DNA from: a virus
Taxonomy: Duplodnaviria; Caudoviricetes
Length of the DNA stretch: 64,000 nucleotides
IMG/VR virus record: IMGVR_UViG_3300034069_002177
Coordinates: 128,001 to 192,000 of that record
Strand: one strand, 5' to 3'
In this document: positions 38,631 through 48,870 of the stretch, one piece after another
How the letters are laid out: the number at the start of each line of letters is the position of its first letter
Position numbering within the stretch: the stretch's first letter is position 1
Program-made: the position numbers and the translations under genes
Notes under the pieces: model-generated
Databases searched by the model: none
What the model was told of the DNA's origin: nothing
The model's input: only the letters and a program-made list of their open reading frames with translations

Positions 38631-39308
38631 ATGGAACGCTCATTAGAACGTCTCCGTCAGGCAGTTGGACAGAGCCAGGAAGATTACATCCAGAAACTGG
38701 ACAATCAGTGGCTTGAAACAATTCCCGACCAGTATCGCGGACACTCGGTAAAGGAAATCACGGGTGGTGTAGCGAAAGACCTCGTTACCGGTGAGTCCCG
38801 CACCTTTGAAGCTGGCTGGGATGGCTCATTGAACGACGATGGTATCAACAAGCTCAGTGACTATCTCGATGAGCCCACCAATTTTCTCATCATCCGGGGG
38901 ACTTCCGGTACCGGTAAGTCAACGCTGTCTGCAACGGTTGGTCGTAAGGTAATGCATGACAAGCAGCTATCCGCTCGATTTGTCAACTCCGTTTCTCTCA
39001 TCAGTGAGTTCTCCTTCCGTAATGAGCATGCCGACCCTGTGAAATACTTTGCGTCGTTTGGTCTTTTGGTCATCGACGACCTCGGTGCTGTCAATGAAGC
39101 TCTCACTCCCCATCAGCAGAAATCCCTGTGGAACCTCATCGAGGCGCGGTGGAGCAACAATGATCGGTACACGATCATTACAACCAACATGGCAATTCAG
39201 GATAACAAGGAAGGTGCTGGTCTATCTTCGTGGATTGGCGAGTCTGGATGGGATAGAATCGCAAGCGACTTGACCCGCGTAAACATGTCCGGGGAGTCAT
39301 TCCGCTGA
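38631..39308 (+). CDS. DnaC/IstB-like helicase-loader ATPase
   Basis: GTSGTGKST, LLVIDDLG, LIEARW, TIITTN, DRI; RBS GAGGT. Confidence 0.85.
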   Translation: MERSLERLRQAVGQSQEDYIQKLDNQWLETIPDQYRGHSVKEITGGVAKDLVTGESRTFEAGWDGSLNDDGINKLSDYLDEPTNFLIIRGTSGTGKSTLSATVGRKVMHDKQLSARFVNSVSLISEFSFRNEHADPVKYFASFGLLVIDDLGAVNEALTPHQQKSLWNLIEARWSNNDRYTIITTNMAIQDNKEGAGLSSWIGESGWDRIASDLTRVNMSGESFR

Positions 39309-39313
39309 GTGAA

Positions 39314-40735
39314 TTGGAGACTGCCCCTGTGGACCACGATATGAGCGAAACATCGGCACCAACAATCGTCAACCTACCCACCCCGACTTTCATGCCGATT
39401 GCCGCATTCAATGGGTTATGGGCATCGCAAGCACTAACTGCTGACGAGCTACGGGATAACCCACGTCGGGTTGCCGTAGACATGCTGAAACTGTTTTTGG
39501 CGAACAAAACGCCGATTACGCTCTGGGGTCCGGTCGGAGCACGTAAAACTCGTTCTATTCAGTCGCTCGCTGACCTCAAGGATGAGAATGGCGTTCCTTA
39601 TCAGGTCATCACTATTCAACCCAGCACGGAAGATCCCACGGTTATCCACGGCATGATGTTCACCTCCTTGGATGCTGATAGTGGCGAGACCGTCATGCGC
39701 CGTTCGCTCCCCTCTGTCGTAGATCAAATCATCAAGTATTGGGAAGAACATCATGGTCTTACCATCTTGTTCATGGATGAGATGACGACATGTTTGCCAG
39801 CGCAGCAGCATGCGCTGCTTGGTCTTATGACTCACGGTCATTACGGTGACAAGAACATCCAGCCTTACATCAGTATTGCGATGGCGGCTAACCCCGAAGG
39901 CACAGTGTCTACTGTCAATGAGTTGGGTGAACAGGTCATCAACCGTGGTGGTCACATTGCATGGTATGGAGATGTCGATCTATTCCTAGAGGAATGGAGT
40001 TCCGGCTTCAATAACCCCACTAATGCACCTAGCTCGACCGTTCAGTGGTTCATTAGTGAACTTCTTACGCAGTCAAGTGGTGACGCGTTCCGCAGTAAGA
40101 ATTGGAGTCCTGACGAACTTGTTCCGTGGGATAGCATGGAACACACCGAGCGCTCTGTCACCGAACTAGGTCGCATGATTGAACTCATCGATGATGTTTT
40201 CAAAGATGCAAAGCCAGCCATCCGTAAGTTCTACATCATCGAAGCGACTCGTGCGTTACTCGGCAAGAAGTGGGCAGACAAGATGAGTGCCATTACCGAG
40301 CAAGAAACCAAGCGTTACTCGCCCGAAGATGTAGTGGAGCGAGTTCGTGAAATGGGATTGTCGATGACGAGTCTTCCGAACGACCCGACTGTTAAGGGTG
40401 TGAGAGATGCCATTCACGTTCTAGGAGATGGCAAACTCATCGACCACGCCGCATCAGTGAAACTTATGGAAGGGTTAATGGCTACGGTTACCAAGCGAGG
40501 CTTCTCCATCGACGCCTACCTTGCCGCATGGGCGTTTGGGACGCTCTCACAGGACGAAGGTTTCTCGATGGGACTGCATCAGTACATCGTGTCCCTAGCC
40601 ACGCAGATAGGCGCTGAGGGCGTCAAGAGTGGAGCATTGCAGAGAGGCGTTAGTGTGGTACCCGTTTTTGTGTCAGATGAAATTAAGAACAACATCCGTG
40701 CCAGCATTGAACAGAAAAAGGCTGCGGCGGCATGA
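39314..40735 (+). CDS. Second MoxR-like AAA+ ATPase with atypical Walker A
   Basis: WGPVGARKT, LFMDEMTT, AMAANP, VINRGGH; start may be ATG 39341. Confidence 0.75.
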   Translation: METAPVDHDMSETSAPTIVNLPTPTFMPIAAFNGLWASQALTADELRDNPRRVAVDMLKLFLANKTPITLWGPVGARKTRSIQSLADLKDENGVPYQVITIQPSTEDPTVIHGMMFTSLDADSGETVMRRSLPSVVDQIIKYWEEHHGLTILFMDEMTTCLPAQQHALLGLMTHGHYGDKNIQPYISIAMAANPEGTVSTVNELGEQVINRGGHIAWYGDVDLFLEEWSSGFNNPTNAPSSTVQWFISELLTQSSGDAFRSKNWSPDELVPWDSMEHTERSVTELGRMIELIDDVFKDAKPAIRKFYIIEATRALLGKKWADKMSAITEQETKRYSPEDVVERVREMGLSMTSLPNDPTVKGVRDAIHVLGDGKLIDHAASVKLMEGLMATVTKRGFSIDAYLAAWAFGTLSQDEGFSMGLHQYIVSLATQIGAEGVKSGALQRGVSVVPVFVSDEIKNNIRASIEQKKAAAA

Positions 40736-40998
40736 CGGATGAACTGCGCTACGATTTGATTCAATCACCTAAAGCTAAGAACTTCCTTATCGAGTGGAGT
40801 TCTAACTTCGGAATTGGTGCCGTTTTCATATCCATTTTGCTGCCTGTCATCGGTGTCATCCTCGCCGTGTATTCCATCATCTTCTCTCTAAAACTCAGAG
40901 GCAAGCTGTATCTTTTCCCTTGGCTCGCGTTACTCATTTCGGTTGGTCTACTTTTTGTCCACGTTTACGTCTGGTCGAACATTCTGTACTCGATTTAG
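40732..40998 (+). CDS. Small two-TM membrane protein
   Basis: 88 aa, hydrophobic; ATGA overlap with upstream gene. Confidence 0.6.
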   Translation: MTDELRYDLIQSPKAKNFLIEWSSNFGIGAVFISILLPVIGVILAVYSIIFSLKLRGKLYLFPWLALLISVGLLFVHVYVWSNILYSI

Positions 40999-41013
40999 GG
41001 TCTAAGATAGTTG

Positions 41014-41042
41014 TTGTGAGATTGATTGCCGTGTGGTAATCT
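41014..41042 (+). promoter_or_regulatory. sigmaA promoter for dnaE, TTGTGA-17-TAATCT (TGG extension)
   Basis: Direct reading. Confidence 0.65.
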
Positions 41043-41071
41043 GTCGCCACATAAGACATGAGGTTTACAGA

Positions 41072-44000
41072 TTGACTGACAACAGATTCGTGCATTTGCA
41101 CACCCACTCCGACTTCTCCCTACTCGATGGCAAGTCGTCGATTAAGGAAATCGTCGAGCTAGCTGTCAAGTACAACCAGCCGGGTGTTGCCATTACTGAT
41201 CATGGTTCAATGGCTGGTACCGTACAGCTTCTAGAGCAGGCGAATGCCTTGAAGAAGGCAGGAACCGACTTCACTCCCATTCCCGGATTAGAAGCCTATT
41301 ACGTCGAGGATGCCGAGATCATCAAGACTCAGCGCGCGCAGGGCATTACTCCGAATCGTAATCGTTACCACATGATTCTTCTTGCTGTGAACACCACCGG
41401 CTATAAGAACCTCATGAAGATCCAGTCGGTTTCTTCGATGGAGAACTACTACTTCAAGCCCTTGGTTGACGATGCACTTTTGGCTGAGAACCATGAGGGC
41501 ATCGTTGCTACCAGCGGATGCCTTGGTTCCATTGTCAACAAGTTGCTCATGGAAGGTGAATTCCAGAAAGCTGTCGCTGTTGCTAGCCGACACCAAGACC
41601 TTTTTGGTCGCGACAACTACTTTGTCGAGGTCCAGAACCACAACATCCCTGATCAGCTTCAAATTATCCCTGACCAGATTCGTCTTGCAAAAGCTATCGG
41701 CGCACCTTTACTTGCAACTCAGGACTCTCACTACAACCACAAGCACGAAGCAGAGATGCATGACTCGCTTATCACCATGCAGACCGCTGGTGCCAAGCTG
41801 GCAGACGAACACCGTTTCCGCTTCTCGTCGGATGAGAACTTCTTCCGCACATCCGAGGAAATGTGGGAGCTTTTTCCTCACAGCGAGTTCCCTGATGCAT
41901 GCGCCAACACTCTTGTAATCGAAGAACGTGCCAGAGATATTGAAATTCCTCTCCACAGTTCGGATAATTACCTCATCCCTACGTTCCCTACAGATGATGG
42001 AAAGACTGAGGCGGAGCAGCTTCGCGAAGATGTCATCATCGGCGCACGCGAAAGATACGGCGTCGGTAAGGACAAGAAGCTTCCCGAGAACGTTACCGAA
42101 AAGATCGACTTTGAGTTGGGCGTTATCAACTCGATGGGATTCAACGGTTACTTCCTTATGGTTGCTGACCTCATTAAGGCTGCCCAGAACATGGGTTACC
42201 TCGTCGGTCCGGGTCGTGGTTCGGCACCCGGTTCAATCGTTTCGTACACAACCGGCATTACCAAGGTGGACCCTATCCACTACGGTCTCTACTTCGAGCG
42301 GTTCCTCAACCCTGGTCGAAAGTCGATGCCTGATATCGATATCGACTTCGAGCCTGCAAGCCGCGCTCCGATGGTGAAGTACGTTCAGGAGAAGTATGGT
42401 CACGACCGAGTAGCAAAGATTGCTACATACTCCGTTTTCAAGCCCAAGTCTGCTCTACAGAAAGCCGCGTTTATTCTCGGTCTGAGCAACAAGGTTGGTT
42501 CCATCGCTTCTGGTCTCTGGCCGGGGACGATTGATGGTGTTGAGGCTAAGCTCTGGCAGGTCATGCAAGAGAAAAGCCCACCCGAAGACAGTTCGTACTA
42601 TCACCACTGGCGAGCAGGTCGAGCACTCCGTGAGTTCTCTCAGCGTGACGACGAGATTAGAGAAATGTTCCGAGTTGCACTCGGTGTCGAAGGTGTTCAC
42701 AACAATCACGGTACTCACGCTGCTGCCGTTCTTATCACGCCTGAGGCATTGACGAACTTCGTTCCGCTTCACCGTTCTAAGAAGGAAGACGATAACGTTC
42801 CTGTCTGTGAATATGACAAGGATGATGCCGAAGCAATCGGTGGACTAAAGATGGACTTCCTAGGTCTCATCAACCTTGAAATCATCAAGAAAGCACTTGT
42901 CTCGATCAAGCGTGACATGGGCGTCGATGTAGATCTAGACAAGATTCCTCTTGACGACCCGAAGACGTTCAAGATGCTCGCTTCCGGTGAGACTGATGGT
43001 GTATTCCAGCTTACCTCCCCTGGTATGCGAGACCTACTTCGACGAGTCAACCCTGACAGCGTGGAAGACCTTTCGGCTGTCATCGCTTTGTACCGTCCGG
43101 GTCCGATGGGTACCGACCTTCACTTGGCTTACGCTGAGGCAAAGAACGGTCGCGCGCGCGTTGAAGTCCCACACGAGTACATGCATGAAATGTTCGCTGA
43201 TACCTACGGCGTTCTTTGCTACCAAGAGCAGGTCATGGCGCTCTCCCAGCACTATGCTGGCTATAACGCCACCGAGGCTGACGACTTCCGCAAGGCTGTG
43301 GGTAAGAAAGACGCCGTAAAGCTCGCGGCTCAGGAGATTCCTTTCAAGGCTGGTGTGATTGAACGAGGCTATGGCGAGCAGGTTGCTAATGACCTCTGGG
43401 CTATGATTCCGCCGTTCGCCGCATATGCGTTCAACAAGGCTCACTCAGTGGTCTATGCATACGTCGCCTACTGGACTGCTTGGCTGAAGGCTAACTACAC
43501 GGCTCAGTATGCAGCGGCATGTATTGACACTCAGGACCGCGACCGCCGTACCGCTCAGGTCGCTTCTGCACGAAAGATGCATGTCAACGTGTTCCCGCCG
43601 AACATCAACCAGTCCAACGGCGATTCAACCACTACTAAGGATGGCATCTGGCTGGGTCTTTCTGGTGTTCGTAACTGTGGTGGTAGCACCCTGACCAATA
43701 TTTTGGCTGAGCGCAGCCGTGGAGGCGATTTCACTTCTATCGGTGACTTCATGGTGCGTATGGCTGGTGCTGGTGGTATCAACAAGCAGGCTCTATTCCA
43801 CCTCACGGCGGCGGGGGCATTCGACACCCTTATCGGTTCGCGTATGTCGCTGCACGTCAACTTGGAAAAGATGCTCGCTGAAAGCCGAGTGACCTCGAAG
43901 TCTACAAAAGCTAAGGTCGGCATGTTCGACTTGTTCGATGCGATTGTCGAGGAAGAACCTCTCTCAGAATTCAAACTGAACGGTGATGACTACTCCATTG

Positions 44001-44962
44001 CTGAGAAAATCGCCGCAGAAATTGAAGCACTTGGATTCGCTGCTGGTGACCACCCGTACTCGCTCATCAAGAACATCATTCCCTCATATCAGGCTGATGG
44101 AAAAATTGACCCTCGTGCCATTGAAATGGGAGTATTCGTTCGAGCTATCAGCAAGGTGGATAGCGAAATCGAGAGAAACGAACGTGATGGAATTCGCAGT
44201 ATTGCGGAAGGTAGCCAGGTGTTCCTTTACGGAACCATCACCGCTCACAAGGTAAAGGGTGCCAAAAACGGCAACGGTCGTCCGCAACACAACTTCCTTT
44301 TGGAGAATGACAACGGTGATATCGTCGATGTCATTTGGTATGGCGGAACCGAAGACGCAATTGCCAACGGTCAGTTTGCTGTTGTTGGTGGTACTTATCA
44401 GGTTCGTGAACTTTCTGATGCTGACGGTAACCCTTACGACAAGGTAGAAATTCGCGCAACCAACGTTTCTTCCAGTTCCATCGATGACATCATCAGTGGA
44501 AACAGTGGCGGACTTGTTACGTCGGCTAGCTCTGAGGATCTTGCTCGTGCGATGACTAACCGGAAGCGTGCTGAGCGTCGTGGTACTCGCGGTTCGGATG
44601 TTGTCGAGGAAACTCCCGCAACTCAGAGTCAAGATGACGAATACCAGGCATTGATTGCATCTAGGCGTAACCGTCGTCGTGGTTCTGACGAAACGGATAG
44701 TGCTGTCGCCGTCGCGGAGGCTCCTGTTGATGCCGCTGTCCCAGCAGCTAAGGAAGAGCTAACCGCTGTGACCTTCTTTGCTACAAGTCAGGATGAAGTT
44801 CGAGATCTGATGGATGCAATGGAAAGCATGGTCGAGGGAAGCGTTTTCATAACCATTCTCCACGGTAAGAAAAAGTATGCCGCTGAAGAAGGTTCGAAGA
44901 TTAGCCTTCGCGGTATCCAGCGTATCGCCAAAATAACCGGGGTGGAGTTCGAGCACAAGTGA
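41072..44962 (+). CDS. dnaE: DNA polymerase III alpha subunit
   Basis: PHP HLHTHSDFSLLDG, AITDHG; GRGSAPGS, SMPDIDIDF, KMDFLGL, YAFNKAHS; clamp motif GMFDLF; TTG 41072 with RBS GAGGT. Confidence 0.96.
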   Translation: MTDNRFVHLHTHSDFSLLDGKSSIKEIVELAVKYNQPGVAITDHGSMAGTVQLLEQANALKKAGTDFTPIPGLEAYYVEDAEIIKTQRAQGITPNRNRYHMILLAVNTTGYKNLMKIQSVSSMENYYFKPLVDDALLAENHEGIVATSGCLGSIVNKLLMEGEFQKAVAVASRHQDLFGRDNYFVEVQNHNIPDQLQIIPDQIRLAKAIGAPLLATQDSHYNHKHEAEMHDSLITMQTAGAKLADEHRFRFSSDENFFRTSEEMWELFPHSEFPDACANTLVIEERARDIEIPLHSSDNYLIPTFPTDDGKTEAEQLREDVIIGARERYGVGKDKKLPENVTEKIDFELGVINSMGFNGYFLMVADLIKAAQNMGYLVGPGRGSAPGSIVSYTTGITKVDPIHYGLYFERFLNPGRKSMPDIDIDFEPASRAPMVKYVQEKYGHDRVAKIATYSVFKPKSALQKAAFILGLSNKVGSIASGLWPGTIDGVEAKLWQVMQEKSPPEDSSYYHHWRAGRALREFSQRDDEIREMFRVALGVEGVHNNHGTHAAAVLITPEALTNFVPLHRSKKEDDNVPVCEYDKDDAEAIGGLKMDFLGLINLEIIKKALVSIKRDMGVDVDLDKIPLDDPKTFKMLASGETDGVFQLTSPGMRDLLRRVNPDSVEDLSAVIALYRPGPMGTDLHLAYAEAKNGRARVEVPHEYMHEMFADTYGVLCYQEQVMALSQHYAGYNATEADDFRKAVGKKDAVKLAAQEIPFKAGVIERGYGEQVANDLWAMIPPFAAYAFNKAHSVVYAYVAYWTAWLKANYTAQYAAACIDTQDRDRRTAQVASARKMHVNVFPPNINQSNGDSTTTKDGIWLGLSGVRNCGGSTLTNILAERSRGGDFTSIGDFMVRMAGAGGINKQALFHLTAAGAFDTLIGSRMSLHVNLEKMLAESRVTSKSTKAKVGMFDLFDAIVEEEPLSEFKLNGDDYSIAEKIAAEIEALGFAAGDHPYSLIKNIIPSYQADGKIDPRAIEMGVFVRAISKVDSEIERNERDGIRSIAEGSQVFLYGTITAHKVKGAKNGNGRPQHNFLLENDNGDIVDVIWYGGTEDAIANGQFAVVGGTYQVRELSDADGNPYDKVEIRATNVSSSSIDDIISGNSGGLVTSASSEDLARAMTNRKRAERRGTRGSDVVEETPATQSQDDEYQALIASRRNRRRGSDETDSAVAVAEAPVDAAVPAAKEELTAVTFFATSQDEVRDLMDAMESMVEGSVFITILHGKKKYAAEEGSKISLRGIQRIAKITGVEFEHK

Positions 44963-44981
44963 GTTAGGTCGAAGAACAAGT

Positions 44982-45017
44982 GAGGGCGGGTAGCTAATAA
45001 GCTACCCGCCCTTCTTT
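44982..45017. terminator. Terminator between convergent dnaE and dnaB
   Basis: GAGGGCGGGTAGCT-AATA-AGCTACCCGCCCTT. Confidence 0.85.
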
Positions 45018-45040
45018 GGTTCCTCAAACAAGGAGAATGA

Positions 45041-46471
45041 TTACTCCTGGTAATCCTCGTGTTCGCTACCACCCTCAGATCCCATGTTCTCTCCCGAAGC
45101 CTCACTTGCTTCTGAAAGATCCGTCACGTACTGAATGGTCGGGTTGTAGTACGCCTGGCATTCACCAGCAACTCCGGTACGAACAAGAGCGAGCCACATG
45201 TCCATGATGTAATCGGGCTGAGTCTCGTCCTGTAGTGCCTTGCGGTTCAACATGATGACGTTATCCGCTGTCTGCTCCAAGTCACCAGATTCACGAAGTT
45301 GGTGCGGCTTAGGCATACCATCTTCTTCGTTCTTTCCCGAGTCACGGTTTACCTGAGCAGCCATGATGACAGGTCCGTCGATTTCCTGAGCGAAGACCTT
45401 TAGCTTGCGAGCAACCTGACCGATTTCGGCGGTACGGTTAGCAACACCCTCGACTAGTAGCTGTGCATAGTCGATATAAAGCACCATCTTCAAATTAGGA
45501 TGACGCTGCTGTGCCTGCCATGCTGCCGCAATGATGGTATCAACACCATGAGTGATGTCATTGGTGAAGATGGGGTAAAACATTGCTGCCCTAAGCTCGG
45601 CTTCGGCGCGACGCAATTCTTCTCCGTCTTCGGGAGAGAAGCTGTCTCTATCTCGCTTATTGTCGAGCATGTCAGCGATATCACGCTGAGGTACCATCGA
45701 CAGGGCGGAAAGTAGTTTGGAGTAAAGCTCTTTGTAACCAAGCTCCAACGAAGCAAAGACAACGACGAGACCATCAGCCAGATTAGCCAGAATGGCATTC
45801 AGCATGACTGTGGTCTTACCTACCTTAGGTCGGGCTGCGATGATGGATAGGCTTCCTGCACCAAAACCTCCCTGAAGTCGAAGGTCTAGAGACTTGACGC
45901 CAGAGGATGCACGGACAGAAACAGAAAGACCTTCTTCTGCTTCATGCTTCTCGATCTGCTCACCGAAAGTCTTGATATCTGTAGTCATCATGCTCTGCTC
46001 GGAAGCAAGGACTCTCAAACCAGATGCAATCTCGTTGGGGTTAGGCTGATCTTCACCAGCTATCTTGACGAGTTCACGCATTCCACCCATCAAAGAACGA
46101 AGTCGCTGCTTCTCAACGAGCTTCTTTGCCGCCGCCGAAACGTCGTCTGCCGACCGCAATGTTGCTGAAGTCTGAAGAATCGAAAGGTATCCACTTACGG
46201 TAGGAACAAGATTGTTCGACTCGCGGTGGAGGATAACCTCATCCGAAACGGTGGTCACTGTAATAGGTGTGCCGCCGTTATAGAGCGCACTGATAGCCTT
46301 GGCTACCAACCGGTGATCTGATTCAAAGAACAGGTCGGAGATTTCGATTCCCTCTGCTGCCTGTTCTACCTTGCGCCACCACACTGCACCTTCTTGCAAG
46401 CAGGTACCAAGAATGTCCTGCTCGATTTCCAGGGCGGAGGGCAAGTCAATGATGTTGTCTTTTTCTGCCAA
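45041..46471 (-). CDS. dnaB: Replicative DNA helicase
   Basis: AARPKVGKT, ASLEL, YIDYAQL, AAQVNR, LRESGDLEQTAD; TTG start 46471 with RBS AAGAGG. Confidence 0.93.
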   Translation of the reverse strand: MAEKDNIIDLPSALEIEQDILGTCLQEGAVWWRKVEQAAEGIEISDLFFESDHRLVAKAISALYNGGTPITVTTVSDEVILHRESNNLVPTVSGYLSILQTSATLRSADDVSAAAKKLVEKQRLRSLMGGMRELVKIAGEDQPNPNEIASGLRVLASEQSMMTTDIKTFGEQIEKHEAEEGLSVSVRASSGVKSLDLRLQGGFGAGSLSIIAARPKVGKTTVMLNAILANLADGLVVVFASLELGYKELYSKLLSALSMVPQRDIADMLDNKRDRDSFSPEDGEELRRAEAELRAAMFYPIFTNDITHGVDTIIAAAWQAQQRHPNLKMVLYIDYAQLLVEGVANRTAEIGQVARKLKVFAQEIDGPVIMAAQVNRDSGKNEEDGMPKPHQLRESGDLEQTADNVIMLNRKALQDETQPDYIMDMWLALVRTGVAGECQAYYNPTIQYVTDLSEASEASGENMGSEGGSEHEDYQE

Positions 46472-46613
46472 CGTATTCCTCTTATCGCTTGGCTGACACT
46501 GTACCAAACAACTTTGCCGAAGTCTACTTCTCGCGAGCATTAAGTCGTGCCAAAGAACACTGGACAAAAGGGCTGGGTTGTGTATGATGGGTGCACTAAT
46601 ATCGAAAGCGTGA

Positions 46614-48845
46614 ATGATGACTGACGAAATCCTAAAGGTAGTTACGGCAAAGCCGGACTTGATCGAGATTCTCGACAAAGAACTTGCCGAAAAAATCAGC
46701 TACCTTCTGACCAAGGATGACGATGTGGATAACCCCGTCCTTCCCTTCAGCAAGATTGGTAGCGCCAAAGAAGCTCTTCTCTCCCTGAGTTCTCAGGTAA
46801 GTTGGATTGCATCTGCTGTAGAAGACGCATTATGGGCACGCACTAATCAGTACCTTATCCAGCCTGAGCCGAGTGCTTGGCTGGTCGGAACTTACATGGT
46901 AATTCAGGCTCCTTACGCGTTGACACTATCAGACCAAATCTCGCAGATTAGTAAGCGGTACTACTACAGCCACTCTCTATCGGGCTGGGTGGTCAACCTG
47001 CAAGCGGCGGATCTCGACCAGATCGAGGCGGTTCTTTTCCTTTACGGGATCTCTGTTTCCGTCAATCTTGCTGACGCCATTGAAGGTCGCTCTGAATGGA
47101 AAAGCGTTCTGTCTCAGCTTGTTGAAGACTCTATCAAGGAGGGCTTCAAAGTCCCCGACCCTGCTATCTTCAGCACTAATCGTGAATACAAGCCTTGGCA
47201 AAAGGAATCCATTCTTGCAATGGCATATCAAGGCACTAGCCTCCTGACCGATCAGGTTGGTCTCGGTAAGGGTGGCTCATTCGTCGGTACATCTCTCGCC
47301 ATCAATCAGTTCCGTAATGGAACGAATATCAAGCATGGCGAGTTCCCTGTTGTCATCGCTGTCACCAAATCCATGAAGGACGAGATTGGTGAAGAAGTAT
47401 TACGGTGGTGGGGTGAAGCCAAAGTAGAGATTATCGGTGGAGCCAAGGCTGCTCCTATTGAACCCGGCAAGGACTTCTACATCATCAACCACGACATCAT
47501 CTCGAATCGTGTTGACGACCTGATTGCTCTCAACCCAGTTGGTTTTATCGCTGATGAGTGCCACGTCTACAAGAACGATCTCGCTAAGCGTGCTCAGGCG
47601 GCACACAAGTTGTCTAAGCACATCATCAAGAACGCTGAAGCCAACGATGTCGAGCCTTTCATCATCATGGCTAGCGGTACTCCGTTCTTAAACGCCCCTA
47701 TTGAACTATGGAGCCTTTTGGAAATTCTTGGCATCGACTACATCTTTGCGAAGTTCGCTCGGTCCAAGTTGACACGAACCACAATGGAGATCAAAAACCC
47801 CAAGTTTGATTTCAAGCGTGCCGCCAACAGCAAAAACCCTCGCACAATCGAAGTTCCTTTGACCGATAAGGGCGCGTTCGAGTATTACTTCTGCGAAGCA
47901 AAGTTTGACAAGTTCCACATTTGGCAGAACAAGGGTGCGGCTCACGTCAAGGAACTACACAAGCTTCTCATCGACACGGGTATGGTTCGTCGTCGTAAGT
48001 CTGATGTTATGCACCCGCTTCCTAAGCTGACCGAAGATGTAGTCAAGATTTCTATGACCAGCGAAGCGTGGGCTGAGTACGAACGACTCGACGAGGAATT
48101 CCGCGAGTGGGCTATCAACGAAGCTCGTGAACTTGCCAGGACAGAAAACATCAGTATTCCGAAAGCCATCATGGAGATTACGCGGAAGTTAGATAACGGC
48201 GAAGCGATGATGCGTTTGACAAAAATCCGTCAGTGGCTCGGTATGGGTAAGGTCGATGGAACCGTCGAGTGGATTCATAAGTTCATGGCGAACGACCCCG
48301 AAGTTACAGGCGGCGATGAGACTCGACAGAAGCTTATTGTGTTCGTCCACCACCAAGACCCACGAAAGGCTCTCATCGAGCACCCCGAGCTACAGCAGTA
48401 CGGCATTTTGACCATCCTGCCCGGTGGCGACCAAACCGGTGAAAGCATCCAAAGCCACAAGCGACTCTTCCAAAAGGACGACCGTTACCGACTCATGATT
48501 TGCAGCATGGCGGCTCGTGAGGGGCACACGTTGACTGCGGCTAAGGATGTTTACCTTCACGAAATTCCGTTCGTTCCATCATGGGTTGTGCAGATGGCTG
48601 GTCGTTGCTGGGCACGTCTTTCCGAAGACTTCGAGCCACACGATGCGAACATTCACTATGCCGTTGTTGACGGCACAGAAGACCCTCGTCTGTTGCAGAT
48701 GAACCGCATTAAGAAGGCTACCTTCAATGCCGTCATCGACGGTGAGGGTCAGGATGATTCGATTACTGAGATGAAGGGCGAATCGGTCGAGACTCTGGTT
48801 CGTTCCATCCTGCGAAAGACCAAGGAAATCGGAGTTGCGGCATAA
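46614..48845 (+). CDS. SNF2-family (HARP/SMARCAL1-like) helicase
   Basis: DQVGLGKG, ADECH, ASGTPFLNAPIELWSLL, REGHTL, QMAGR. Confidence 0.85.
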   Translation: MMTDEILKVVTAKPDLIEILDKELAEKISYLLTKDDDVDNPVLPFSKIGSAKEALLSLSSQVSWIASAVEDALWARTNQYLIQPEPSAWLVGTYMVIQAPYALTLSDQISQISKRYYYSHSLSGWVVNLQAADLDQIEAVLFLYGISVSVNLADAIEGRSEWKSVLSQLVEDSIKEGFKVPDPAIFSTNREYKPWQKESILAMAYQGTSLLTDQVGLGKGGSFVGTSLAINQFRNGTNIKHGEFPVVIAVTKSMKDEIGEEVLRWWGEAKVEIIGGAKAAPIEPGKDFYIINHDIISNRVDDLIALNPVGFIADECHVYKNDLAKRAQAAHKLSKHIIKNAEANDVEPFIIMASGTPFLNAPIELWSLLEILGIDYIFAKFARSKLTRTTMEIKNPKFDFKRAANSKNPRTIEVPLTDKGAFEYYFCEAKFDKFHIWQNKGAAHVKELHKLLIDTGMVRRRKSDVMHPLPKLTEDVVKISMTSEAWAEYERLDEEFREWAINEARELARTENISIPKAIMEITRKLDNGEAMMRLTKIRQWLGMGKVDGTVEWIHKFMANDPEVTGGDETRQKLIVFVHHQDPRKALIEHPELQQYGILTILPGGDQTGESIQSHKRLFQKDDRYRLMICSMAAREGHTLTAAKDVYLHEIPFVPSWVVQMAGRCWARLSEDFEPHDANIHYAVVDGTEDPRLLQMNRIKKATFNAVIDGEGQDDSITEMKGESVETLVRSILRKTKEIGVAA

Positions 48846-48870
48846 CCAAAGGACTACAATTGGTCCTGCC

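Noticed and set aside
45041-46678. 545-aa DnaB with N-terminal extension, as in the ORF track
   Set aside because: Extension overlaps the SNF2 start and the promoter region; TTG 46471 has a good RBS
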